NCBI GenBank assembly: GCA_949286725.1
Contig: CASECZ010000006.1
Location: 3,847-67,846 of the forward strand
Source: an uncultured Clostridia bacterium
GTDB taxonomy: Bacteria > Bacillota > Clostridia > Christensenellales > CAG-917
DNA length: 64,000 nt
Direction: 5' to 3'
Made by a program: the position numbers and the translations under genes. The notes under the pieces are model-generated. The model was not told where the DNA came from. It saw nothing but the letters and a program-made list of their open reading frames with translations, and did no database searches. The stretch's first letter is position 1. Each line of letters begins with the position of its first letter. Below, in pieces: positions 51,274 through 60,782 of the stretch.

Positions 51274-51299
51274 AAACACCGCTTTTAGCGGTGTTTTTT
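51274..51299 (+). terminator. Terminator after nrdR
   Basis: AAACACCGC-tttta-GCGGTGTTTTTT. Confidence 0.85.
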
Positions 51300-51369
51300 G
51301 ATTGCCTTTTTTCGTCGTTGTCAAAATTTTTCCGTTCGGCGCATATTATGTACAACCTTGGAGGATGTA

Positions 51370-52068
51370 ATGGCGCTTGAAAGTCTTTTCCTGTTGTTGA
51401 AAAATCTCGTTATTTTTTCATCTTACGTCACCGACAAAAGTTCGTTTCCGAAGCCCCTTTCCAAAGAAAAAGAAGCGGAGTACATACTGCGGGCGGAGCA
51501 GGGCGACAAAGAGGCAAAGGAAATTCTGATTAAGCACAATCTGCGTCTTGTCGCGCACATCGCCAAAAAGTACGCCAACTACGGCGACAGCGACGAGCTC
51601 ATTTCCGTGGGGTCGATAGGGCTCATAAAGGCGGTGGATAGTTTCAACCACAACAAGGGAACGCAACTTGCCACTTATGCGTCGAGATGCATAGAAAACG
51701 AAATTCTCATGACGATGCGCGTAACGAAAAAACACCGTTCCAACGTGTCGCTCAACGAGCCCGTGGGGGTGGACCGCGACGGAAACGAACTGACCATTAT
51801 GGATATGCTTGCAGAAACGGGGTCGGTAATCGAGGACGTCGAGAGCAATATACTGATGGAACGGCTTATGGACCTGACGAAAAAGTGCCTTAACGACAGG
51901 GAATATCTCATTATCAAAATGAGATACGGTCTGGGCGGAACGCCCGCGCTCACTCAGCGCGAAGTTGCGACGCAGTTCGGAATATCGCGTTCGTACGTGT
52001 CGAGGATAGAAAAACACGCCCTCAACAAAATCAAAGCCGCGATAACGGAAGAAGAACTTTATTTCTGA
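51370..52068 (+). CDS. sigK: Sporulation sigma factor K (pro form, uninterrupted)
   Basis: Hydrophobic pro-sequence then SYV..SFPKPL; HNLRLVAHIAKKY; GISRSYVSRIEK; sigma-E-like TCAAAAT-N14-CATATTAT upstream. Confidence 0.94.
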   Translation: MALESLFLLLKNLVIFSSYVTDKSSFPKPLSKEKEAEYILRAEQGDKEAKEILIKHNLRLVAHIAKKYANYGDSDELISVGSIGLIKAVDSFNHNKGTQLATYASRCIENEILMTMRVTKKHRSNVSLNEPVGVDRDGNELTIMDMLAETGSVIEDVESNILMERLMDLTKKCLNDREYLIIKMRYGLGGTPALTQREVATQFGISRSYVSRIEKHALNKIKAAITEEELYF

Positions 52069-52366
52069 CGCGGAAAACGTCCGCACATTCGCTCCGCGCT
52101 TTTGTGCGGTTGCTTTCGTGCACGGGTTGCGGCGCGGGCGATTGTTTCGTTTGCACGCGCGCCGTGACGTCGGGAAAGCGGACTGTTGTCGCGGAAATGT
52201 CGGGCGGCGCGCCCTCCGAACGCTACCGAAAATATTATATATAAATAAAATTAAGTGTTGACAGAACGGGGTTTTGGCTATATAATTCACGAGGTTGCCC
52301 GCCCGAAAGGCGGAAACCGCAGGCGTTTCGTCCTTTTGACGGAAATATTGCCCGAAGAGGATTGTT

Positions 52367-53773
52367 ATGAAAAAGTACGATATCTGTATAGTCGGCGCGG
52401 GTCCCGCGGGTATTTTCACCGCGATAGAGTTGCTCCGTCACGGTTGCGACAAGAAAATGCTCATCGTCGAAAAAGGACAACCCGTCGAAAAGCGCAAATG
52501 TCCCAAAGCGTACGGCGGTCCTTGTCGTAATTGCAAACCCTATTGCCACATAACCACGGGCTTTTCGGGTGCCGGCGCGTTTTCCGACGGCAAACTTTCG
52601 CTTTCCTACGAAGTGGGCGGCGAATTGCCCGAACTCATAGGTCACGAGTTTGCACAGGAACTCATTAACTATACGGACGGAATTTATCTCGAATTCGGCG
52701 CGGACGAGCACATCGAAGGGCTCGGCAATGAGGACAAGGTCAAGGAAATCCGCAAAAAGGCAATAAAAGCAGGTCTGAAACTCGTCGATTGTCCCATACG
52801 TCATATGGGAACGGAGAAAGCGCAGGGCATATACCTTGCCATCGAAAACTACCTGCGTGACAAAGGCGTCGAGATGATGTTCGGCGCGCAGTGCAACAAC
52901 ATCATTTTGCAGGACAACATCTGCAAAGGCGTAATCGTGGAGAATTCCAAAGGCGAAGTGTCCGAGATATTCGCCGACAGAACCATAATCGCCACGGGCA
53001 GACGCGGCGCGGACTGGCTGGAAAAGATGTGCGCGCAGCACAACATCGCTCACGCGCCCGGCGTCGTCGACATCGGCGTCAGAGTGGAAGTGCGCAACGA
53101 GATTATGGAAGAAGTCAACAGCGTGCTGTACGAATCCAAACTGATAGGGTATCCCGCTCCTTTCAAGAACAAAGTGCGCATATTCTGTCAGAACCCCGGC
53201 GGTTTCGTGTCGCAGGAGAACTATGACAACGACCTTGCCGTCGTCAACGGACACAGCTACAAGGAATTGAAGAGCGAGAACACCAACCTTGCCATTCTGT
53301 GCTCGCACTCCTTCAATCAGCCCTTCAATCAGCCCATCGAGTACGCGCAGAAGGTCGGCGAACTGACCAATATGCTCGGCGCGGGCAAAATTCTGGTGCA
53401 GAGATACGGCGATATCCTTGCGGGAAAACGCACGTGGCAAAAGGAACTCGGCATGTCCAACGTCCGTCCCACGCTCAAAGACGCCGTTGCGGGCGACATA
53501 ACCGCGGCAATGCCTTACCGTGCCATGACCAACATAATCAACTTCATACAGGCGGTGGACGAAGTCGTGCCCGGATTTGCGGGATACGAAACCCTGCTTT
53601 ATTCGCCCGAACTGAAATTTTACAGCAACAAAATCAAAATGGACGAAAGGCTCAACACGTCCATTCAGGGGTTGCATTGCCTGGGCGACAGCAGCGGCTG
53701 GACGCGCGGTCTGATGATGGCGTCCGTCATGGGTGTGCTCATGGCGCGTACCATTATCGAGGACGAGAAGTAA
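52367..53773 (+). CDS. NAD(P)/FAD-dependent oxidoreductase (uncharacterised family)
   Basis: IVGAGPAG, Cys cluster CPK...CRNCKPYC, GAGAFSDGK, GDSSGWTRG; TTGACA-17-TATAAT promoter. Confidence 0.9.
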   Translation: MKKYDICIVGAGPAGIFTAIELLRHGCDKKMLIVEKGQPVEKRKCPKAYGGPCRNCKPYCHITTGFSGAGAFSDGKLSLSYEVGGELPELIGHEFAQELINYTDGIYLEFGADEHIEGLGNEDKVKEIRKKAIKAGLKLVDCPIRHMGTEKAQGIYLAIENYLRDKGVEMMFGAQCNNIILQDNICKGVIVENSKGEVSEIFADRTIIATGRRGADWLEKMCAQHNIAHAPGVVDIGVRVEVRNEIMEEVNSVLYESKLIGYPAPFKNKVRIFCQNPGGFVSQENYDNDLAVVNGHSYKELKSENTNLAILCSHSFNQPFNQPIEYAQKVGELTNMLGAGKILVQRYGDILAGKRTWQKELGMSNVRPTLKDAVAGDITAAMPYRAMTNIINFIQAVDEVVPGFAGYETLLYSPELKFYSNKIKMDERLNTSIQGLHCLGDSSGWTRGLMMASVMGVLMARTIIEDEK

Positions 53774-53792
53774 TCAAACCGATTTCACGAAC

Positions 53793-53819
53793 AAAAAGAC
53801 GGCTATGCCGTCTTTTTTT
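53793..53819 (+). terminator. Intrinsic terminator
   Basis: AAAAAGACGGC-tat-GCCGTCTTTTTTT. Confidence 0.88.
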
Positions 53820-53993
53820 GTTGCTTTTGCAGTGGCGTTTTCGCGTTTCCGATTGAGGCGCAATGCGTTTTGCGGTATGCGGGCGGTGCGCGGTCGTCAG
53901 AGTGCGCGGGGCGAGCCCCGAAAAGTCGACCGAAAAGGGCACTACCAGTTTTTTCCATACAAAAGGCGGGGCGCAGGTGCAAAAAATAGCACT

Positions 53994-55097
53994 ATGAGAC
54001 GTTTGAGGAAAATCGTGGTTGCACTTGCCGTTCTCGCCGCGCTGGTTGCGGTCGGGACGGTGTCGCCCGTGCAGACGGCGTTTGCCGAGGCGCGGTACGT
54101 TTACGTGGGAGGAACGCCCGTCGGAATAACCGTCGGAGCGGGCGGGCTCATCGTCACGGGGGTCACGGAAGTCGATACGGGCAAAGGGACGGTGACGCCG
54201 CTTGCGGGGACGGGCATCACCAAAGGTGACGTAATAACCTCGGTAGACGGGGTTGCCGTTGTGAATATGTACGATTTCACGCGGCGTATTGCGACTGCCG
54301 CAGGCAAAGTTACGCTGACGGTGAAGAGCGGAGCGGTGACGCGCGACGTCGAGGTCACTCCCGTCGTCGACGCCATAAGCGGAGAAAAGAAACTCGGACT
54401 TATGCTCAAAGAGGATATCGGCGGCGTGGGCACGCTGACCTTTGTTACGGAAGAGGGCGTTTATGCCGCGTTGGGACACAGAATAAGCGACCCCGAAACG
54501 GGGTTGTCCGACGAATTGCAACAAGGTAAGATATTCGACGTCGAAATCGAGAACGTAATCAAGGGAGAAAAGGGGCGTGCAGGCGGTTTGCAAGCGTCCA
54601 TAAACAGGTTACAGACCCCTGCGGGCAGAAACGAAATCAACACCGACATCGGCATATACGGCGTTTACGACAAGGAGGAACGCGGCGCGAAATTGCGCGT
54701 TGCGTCACAACGCGAAACGAGAATGGGCCACGCGCAGGTTCTGACTACTTTGAACGGTGGAACGCCCGAACTATACGACGTCGACATCGTGAAAAGCGTG
54801 CCGCAGACGGACGGCGAACAGAAAGGACTGGTGCTCGTGGTGCGCGACCGCCGACTGCTGGACAAAGCGGGCGGTATAGTGCAGGGTATGAGCGGAAGTC
54901 CCATAATTCAGAACGGGGCGCTGGTGGGGGCGGTGACGCACGTTTTCGTGTCCGACCCGACGCGCGGATACGGTGTGCACGCGGAGTTCATGCTCCAAAA
55001 CGCCGATGCCCTGGGTGCGGAAATACGGAAAACGCAGCCAAAGGCTGCGTGGAGCGTATGCGAATGCGAAACGGAATGGCGAAAAGAGGCGGCTTAG
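53994..55097 (+). CDS. spoIVB: SpoIVB signalling peptidase (S55)
   Basis: Signal/TM segment, PDZ, GVGTLTF, ALGH, GGIVQGMSGSPIIQNG, GAVTHV. Confidence 0.95.
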   Translation: MRRLRKIVVALAVLAALVAVGTVSPVQTAFAEARYVYVGGTPVGITVGAGGLIVTGVTEVDTGKGTVTPLAGTGITKGDVITSVDGVAVVNMYDFTRRIATAAGKVTLTVKSGAVTRDVEVTPVVDAISGEKKLGLMLKEDIGGVGTLTFVTEEGVYAALGHRISDPETGLSDELQQGKIFDVEIENVIKGEKGRAGGLQASINRLQTPAGRNEINTDIGIYGVYDKEERGAKLRVASQRETRMGHAQVLTTLNGGTPELYDVDIVKSVPQTDGEQKGLVLVVRDRRLLDKAGGIVQGMSGSPIIQNGALVGAVTHVFVSDPTRGYGVHAEFMLQNADALGAEIRKTQPKAAWSVCECETEWRKEAA

Positions 55098-55471
55098 TTT
55101 GCCGCCTCCGAAACGCCGCGTAAAACGTCGTCCGCCGAGGCAAGGCGTTCGAGTGCGGTCAGCACGAACTGTTTGTTGGTGGGTTTACCCTTGTCCTCGT
55201 CAAGCGTTTCGCCGAATTCTTCGTACAGGATATCCACGTCGCCTCGCAACCACGCCGCGGATATCGCGTTCTGAATGTCCTTTTCTATGCTGGCTTCGCC
55301 GACGCCGAACTCCGCCGCGAGCTGTCGGTAGCCGCAATATTTCAAAGGCATTATTTCCGTGCCGTTCTCGGCAATGTAGATAAGGCGCGCCAGGAGATGA
55401 TAGCCTTTCAGGTTGGGTTGAAATCCCAGTCTCAGAAGATACATTTTGATACGTGCGCAGGAATTTTCCAT
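55094..55471 (-). CDS. Stand-alone Spo0A C-terminal DNA-binding domain protein
   Basis: LG..PNLKGY, IEKDIQNAI..AW.RG and KGKPTNKQF align with the Spo0A CTD; no receiver domain. Confidence 0.85.
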   Translation of the reverse strand: MENSCARIKMYLLRLGFQPNLKGYHLLARLIYIAENGTEIMPLKYCGYRQLAAEFGVGEASIEKDIQNAISAAWLRGDVDILYEEFGETLDEDKGKPTNKQFVLTALERLASADDVLRGVSEAAN

Positions 55472-55591
55472 AGCGCAAGTTTATCACCGCGCGGTCGGCG
55501 ATTTTTGATATACATTGCACCTTCTTAACGCAAGATGACGAAGAGTGTCAATAGGGCGAATATACGACGCTTCCGTGGCATACAATTCGGT

Positions 55592-56164
55592 ATGAAATAC
55601 ACCAACGTACGCACCGCAATAAGCCTCGTAAAAGACTTTTGCAGGAACAATAAAAAGAGCGTCGTCAGTTTTTCCGCGGTATTCGCGCTGGGGCTTGTCC
55701 TCGGGATTTTCATCACGATAAACGCCGTGGGAGGGGAGTTCGAGCGCATAGCGCGCGCCGATATGGAACTCAGTGCCGTTAAGGTGTTCTTTACGGCGTC
55801 GTTCATGCTGGCGGCAGGATACGGAGTGATACTGCTGTCCGCCGCGGCGTCCTCCCTCGTGGTGGTCGCACTGATACCCTTCGGCGTGCTCGGATATTAT
55901 TTCGGCAAATATATGTGCCTTCTGGGGGCGAGTTACGGCGCGCTCGGACTTGTCAACCTTTTCATCATATACACCCCCTTTTTCCTGTTGTCGTTCATAT
56001 GCCTTCTCGTTGCGGGAGTGCGTGCGGTAAACGCAATAGGGTGCAACAAAATGAAGAACACGCTGGTCGCGCTGCTTAAAATATACGGCGTCAACGTGGG
56101 GATAAACTTCGTCGTGTTCGTCGTGATAGGCGCGTTTGCCAAAGTCATAGTAGTGGGCTTCTGA
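55592..56164 (+). CDS. spoIIM: Stage II sporulation protein M-like membrane protein
   Basis: Multi-TM; GAATATA-N14-CATACAAT sigma-E promoter; located before dacF. Sequence is divergent. Confidence 0.6.
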   Translation: MKYTNVRTAISLVKDFCRNNKKSVVSFSAVFALGLVLGIFITINAVGGEFERIARADMELSAVKVFFTASFMLAAGYGVILLSAAASSLVVVALIPFGVLGYYFGKYMCLLGASYGALGLVNLFIIYTPFFLLSFICLLVAGVRAVNAIGCNKMKNTLVALLKIYGVNVGINFVVFVVIGAFAKVIVVGF

Positions 56165-56258
56165 CGGGGTTTAACCATTCGTTTCGGCAGAATAAACGGC
56201 TAATTGCGCGTTTTGCATAATAATCCGTCGATTGCGCAAACTGTGGTCGAGGTGTATT

Positions 56259-57443
56259 ATGCAAAAACTTTCGCTCAAAATTTTTCAGTATCTTCTGACC
56301 TTGACGGCGATTGTGCTCGCCGTCGTGTCGGCGGTTGCGTGCGTGACGTATGCGCCCGCAACGGCTCTTGCCGAAAACGGGTTTTCGGTTGAGGGCAAGG
56401 CGGCGTATCTTGCCGACTACGCGACCGGAACCGTATTGTATGCCAAAAACGAAAACGACCGTCTGCCCATTGCAAGTATGGTAAAAATTATGACGGCTCT
56501 GCTCACCGTGGAAGCGATAGACGCGGGCGAACTCTCTCTCGACGAAGAAGTGTTCGTCAGCGAAAACGCTGCGGGTATGGGCGGCTCGCAGGTATTTCTC
56601 GACGCCAATACGCGCCATAAGGCGGGCGACTTGCTGAAATCCGTCATTGTGGCGTCCGCAAACGACAGCTGCGTCGCGCTTGCCGAACGCATATGCGGCA
56701 GCACGGAAGGTTTCGTCAAGAGAATGAACGCCCGCGCCGCCGAACTCGGAATGAAGGACACGCACTTCGCCAACTGCACGGGACTTCCCGCCGCGGAAGG
56801 ATTCTCGTCTGCGCACGACGTTGCCGTCATGTTCGGCGAACTCATTCGGCATCCCGTCTACTTCGATTTTTCCAAGATATGGCTCGAAGATTACGTTCAC
56901 CCCGACGGCAGAACGACGTCGATGACCAACACCAACAAACTGGTGCGTTTCTATAACGGTTGCGACGGCGGCAAAACGGGATTTACCAGCGAGGCGAAAT
57001 TCTGCCTTGCCGCAACCGCGCAACGCGACGGAATGAGAGTTATCGCAGTGGAAATCGGCGGCGACAGTTCTCAGGGCAGATTCAACGCAGTCAGTACGAT
57101 GTTCAATCACGCCTTCGGAAACTACGAAGTCAAGACGCTTTTGCGTGCGGGCGACCCCGTGGAAAATTACGTCAAGGTGTCGGCAGGCAAGAAGAAGAAC
57201 GTGGAACTCACTGTGAACAAGGACGTTGCCGTGTTCGGCGAGAGGGGCAACTCCTCGGAATACGAACTGAAATTCGAACTTCCCGAAAAAATCAAGGCAC
57301 CCGTGACAAAGGGTGACGTCGTCGGCAAGGGATATATCGTGCGCGACGGCGAAGTGACGGGAGAGTTCGAGGTCGTCGCCGCCGAGGACGTGAAACGCGC
57401 AAGCCTGCTCGACTTGATACGTCGCATAGGCAGCCGTCATTGA
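56259..57443 (+). CDS. dacF: D-Ala-D-Ala carboxypeptidase DacF
   Basis: SMVK, SAN, KTG, MGGSQVFL; GCATA...GCGCAAACT sigma-F/G-like promoter. Confidence 0.88.
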   Translation: MQKLSLKIFQYLLTLTAIVLAVVSAVACVTYAPATALAENGFSVEGKAAYLADYATGTVLYAKNENDRLPIASMVKIMTALLTVEAIDAGELSLDEEVFVSENAAGMGGSQVFLDANTRHKAGDLLKSVIVASANDSCVALAERICGSTEGFVKRMNARAAELGMKDTHFANCTGLPAAEGFSSAHDVAVMFGELIRHPVYFDFSKIWLEDYVHPDGRTTSMTNTNKLVRFYNGCDGGKTGFTSEAKFCLAATAQRDGMRVIAVEIGGDSSQGRFNAVSTMFNHAFGNYEVKTLLRAGDPVENYVKVSAGKKKNVELTVNKDVAVFGERGNSSEYELKFELPEKIKAPVTKGDVVGKGYIVRDGEVTGEFEVVAAEDVKRASLLDLIRRIGSRH

Positions 57444-57480
57444 AGAAAAGAGAAGGGGAATATCCCCGACAACGCAGAAC

Positions 57481-57508
57481 AAGCCCGCTTATGCGGGCTT
57501 TTCTTTTT
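57481..57508 (+). terminator. Terminator after dacF
   Basis: AAGCCCGC-ttat-GCGGGCTTTTCTTTTT. Confidence 0.85.
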
Positions 57509-57637
57509 GTGTATAATACGCCGCGGAGAAAATGCACCCGAAAAAGGAGCCATCCCGTTCAGTCCGCGCACGGAGAGATTGTTTGACATTCGCCGCCGCG
57601 CGTGATAGAATACTGATATTATATAGGAGTACAATCG

Positions 57638-58951
57638 ATGAACACGCGCAACACACTCTATGTTAAGGACGGCAAACTGTATATTGGGGGCTTCGCCGCC
57701 TCCGAACTGGCGCGCCGTTTCGGTACCCCGCTTTACGTTATGGACGCGGCATACATTGCCGAAGTCTGCGACGCTTTCCAAAGCGCAATGGCAACTTACG
57801 GCGACGGAGCTGTCGCTTTTGCGAACAAGGCTTTCGCGACCGTCGCAACGGCGAAAATCGCCGCAAAACACGGGCTTTGGTTCGACGTCGTGTCGGGCGG
57901 GGAACTCTACCTCGTCAAATCCGCGGGAGCGGACCTCGGCAAGGTGCTTTTCCACGGCAACAACAAGACCGTTGCCGAGATAGAAGAGGGCATAGTCGAC
58001 GGAGTGGGCTTTTTCGTCGTTGACAGCCTGCACGAACTGAAATTGCTGGACGAGAAGGCGGGTGCCGCAGGCGTCGTTCAGGACATTCTGGTGCGCGTGA
58101 ATCCCGGCATTACGGCTCATACGCACGAGGCGGTTGCCACGGCAACGCCGCTCAGCAAGTTCGGTTTCGGCGTGGACACCAACGCTTTCGAAGTGATAAA
58201 GGACGCGTCGCAACGCCGCAATCTGCATTTCAGAGGCATACATTCGCACATCGGCTCGCAGATATACGACCATTCGTCCTACGATGCGGCAATCGGCGTG
58301 CTCACCGACTTCATGAAGCGTCTGTACGACGAGGCGGGCATCGTGACTGAAATACTGGATATGGGCGGAGGCTACGGCATTTATTACACGGACGCCGACC
58401 CCAAGTTCACGCCCAAAAGATACGCGTACACGGTTGAAAACATCGGCAAGCGCGTCAAGGAGGAGTGCGCCGCGAAAGGCGTCGCAAAACCCTTCCTCAT
58501 TGTCGAACCGGGGCGCAGCATAGTGGGCGAAGCGGGCATAACGCTTTACACCGTGGGCGCAATAAAGGATTTCCCCAGCGTACGTAAGTACGTTGCAGTC
58601 GACGGCGGTATGTTCGACAACCCGCGTTACGCGCTATACGAGTCGCAGTATTCCGCCGTGCTCGCCGACAAAGCCGACAAACCCGCCGACGAAACCGTGA
58701 CGATAGTCGGCAAGTGCTGCGAAAGCGGCGATATCGTGGCAAAGGACGTCAAACTGCAACACGCCGAAGCAGGGGATATACTGGCGGTGTTTTCCACGGG
58801 CGCCTACAACTATTCGATGGCGTCCAATTACAATCTCAATGCCGTACCCCCCGTGGTGCTGGTGGACGGCGACAAAGCGGATTATATAGTCAAACCGCAG
58901 ACCTATGCGGATTTACTGCGCAATAACGAGGTGCCCGAGTGGTTGAAATGA
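57638..58951 (+). CDS. lysA: Diaminopimelate decarboxylase
   Basis: FGTPLYV, ANKA, SKFG, HSHIGSQ, EPGRS, CESGD, GAYNYSMASNYN. Confidence 0.96.
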   Translation: MNTRNTLYVKDGKLYIGGFAASELARRFGTPLYVMDAAYIAEVCDAFQSAMATYGDGAVAFANKAFATVATAKIAAKHGLWFDVVSGGELYLVKSAGADLGKVLFHGNNKTVAEIEEGIVDGVGFFVVDSLHELKLLDEKAGAAGVVQDILVRVNPGITAHTHEAVATATPLSKFGFGVDTNAFEVIKDASQRRNLHFRGIHSHIGSQIYDHSSYDAAIGVLTDFMKRLYDEAGIVTEILDMGGGYGIYYTDADPKFTPKRYAYTVENIGKRVKEECAAKGVAKPFLIVEPGRSIVGEAGITLYTVGAIKDFPSVRKYVAVDGGMFDNPRYALYESQYSAVLADKADKPADETVTIVGKCCESGDIVAKDVKLQHAEAGDILAVFSTGAYNYSMASNYNLNAVPPVVLVDGDKADYIVKPQTYADLLRNNEVPEWLK

Positions 58952-60048
58952 ACGAGGATTACATACCCGAAGAACCGACGGCGGCGACGGAAGGCGGTGC
59001 CGAAACGGCGGCGGTCGAAAGCGCAGCCGAGGTTTCCGTGCGTTCCGACGCGGCGGACGCCGACGATGCGGTGGAGCGCGAGTTCGAGGCTGTCAAGGAG
59101 CGCGAGAAAAACCCCTTTGACAGTGACGGTTTTCACGGCGAAGTCGTCACCGAGGCCGTTATTCACGAACGCAAACTGCCCAAATCGTCCGAAAAATCCG
59201 CCACTTTCGAGACAGTGGAAGAGGTTTCGCCCGAAGCCGGTGTGTCGGACTCGGAGTATATCGCGGGGCTCAAACCGATAATTTATTATCATCTGAGCGA
59301 CTTCGACGGGCCTCTCGACCTGCTGCTCGAACTCATCAAGGACGCCAAAATCAGGATTGAGGACATTTTCATTTCCGACGTTACGCGTCAGTACGTCGAA
59401 ATCATAAAGAACACACCGAAAGAGGAGCTTGACTTCGAATATGCGGGCGAGTTCATCACCCTTGCCGCCGAACTTGTCTATCTCAAATCGCTGCGCACGT
59501 TGCCTGCCGACGACGAGGACGAGGATTACGTGGACGAGGGCGAGTTTGAACGCGCCGCACTCATCAACAAGATAAAAGAATACGCTTTGATGAAAGAGCA
59601 GGCGGTAAAACTTCACGAACTGGAGACAATCAACCGCTTCTACCGTCCGCCCGTATATACCGAGAAAGACTACCGCGTTTGCCTTACCAATTTCTCTTTG
59701 CCCAAACTCGTGAGCGCGTTGGCGCGCGTTCTGGTCAACGCGGAGCAGAGAGAGCGTTCGATAATCCCCAAAAAGGTCGTTCAGGACAGGTTCTCGGTGG
59801 CGGACCAGATGCGCCATATAGTGGAACTCATTTCCCTGTATGGGTCATTCACTTTCACGTCGCTTTTCGAACCCGACTTCGACCGCAGCGACATTGTGAC
59901 GACTTTCCTTGCCGTGCTTGAACTGCTCAAATACGGCAGACTGCACGCCGAACAGGAGGAAATATTCGGCGAAATAATGCTTTACGCCGTGGAAGGCGCA
60001 AACGAAACTCCCATCGTGTTCGAGGAGGATGAGGATGGAAAATATTAA
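58948..60048 (+). CDS. scpA: Segregation and condensation protein A with acidic N-terminal extension
   Basis: FDGPLDLLLELI, AAELVYLKS, VTTFLAVLEL, EQEEIFGEI. Confidence 0.93.
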   Translation: MNEDYIPEEPTAATEGGAETAAVESAAEVSVRSDAADADDAVEREFEAVKEREKNPFDSDGFHGEVVTEAVIHERKLPKSSEKSATFETVEEVSPEAGVSDSEYIAGLKPIIYYHLSDFDGPLDLLLELIKDAKIRIEDIFISDVTRQYVEIIKNTPKEELDFEYAGEFITLAAELVYLKSLRTLPADDEDEDYVDEGEFERAALINKIKEYALMKEQAVKLHELETINRFYRPPVYTEKDYRVCLTNFSLPKLVSALARVLVNAEQRERSIIPKKVVQDRFSVADQMRHIVELISLYGSFTFTSLFEPDFDRSDIVTTFLAVLELLKYGRLHAEQEEIFGEIMLYAVEGANETPIVFEEDEDGKY

Positions 60049-60724
60049 GAACGTCGTCGAGGCCCTGATATTCTCTTCGGGCTCGCCGATTGCAAAACGC
60101 GACCTGATAGAAAAACTGCCCGAACTGACGGGAAGTCAGCTCAACGCGATAATCAAGGACTTGCAGAAGAAGTACAGCGGCGACTGCGGCATTCTCCTTT
60201 TGGAGTTCAACGGCAAATATCAGTTCAGCTCCAACCCGTGCTACGGTGACGTCATAGCCGAAATTCTAACTCCTCTCAGGGAGAGGGAACTCAGCAAGAC
60301 CCTTCTCGAAGTGCTGTCGACAATAGCTTACAAACAGCCCATAACGCGTATGGAAATCGACGATATGAGAGGTGGCACCTCCTGCGAATACGCAATCACG
60401 GGATTGCTCAAAGCGGGGCTCATCGAGGTGGTGGGCAGAAAGGACACGGTCGGTCGTCCCTTCCTGTACGGCACGACGGACGAGTTCCTCAAAAAGTTCC
60501 AGCTTTCCTCCCTCGACGAACTCCCCGACCTCGAAGAGGTTATGGAGAAGTTGCAGGAGATTTACACTCCCGCGCAGGAAACGCTTTTCCACACCCGTAC
60601 GCTGTACGACGAGGACGGCAACCTCATCGAGGAGAGCGAGGAGGAACAGATTGCCGCCGCGGACGTCGACGAGGACGAAATCCCCGACTTCCTGCAAGGA
60701 GAGGAGTACGAAGTCATAGAATAA
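60035..60724 (+). CDS. scpB: Segregation and condensation protein B
   Basis: VEALIF, LEVLSTIAYKQPITR, GRPFLYGTTDEFL. Confidence 0.95.
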   Translation: MENIKNVVEALIFSSGSPIAKRDLIEKLPELTGSQLNAIIKDLQKKYSGDCGILLLEFNGKYQFSSNPCYGDVIAEILTPLRERELSKTLLEVLSTIAYKQPITRMEIDDMRGGTSCEYAITGLLKAGLIEVVGRKDTVGRPFLYGTTDEFLKKFQLSSLDELPDLEEVMEKLQEIYTPAQETLFHTRTLYDEDGNLIEESEEEQIAAADVDEDEIPDFLQGEEYEVIE

Positions 60725-60782
60725 GGTCGCAAAGCGACGGCTTTTCATACATAATTTTTCGCAAAATCGCCACAATACCGTT

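Noticed and set aside
57445-57637. Lysine riboswitch upstream of lysA
   Set aside because: The TTGACA/TAGAAT promoter sits about 25 nt before the ATG, leaving no room, and no L-box motifs are seen.
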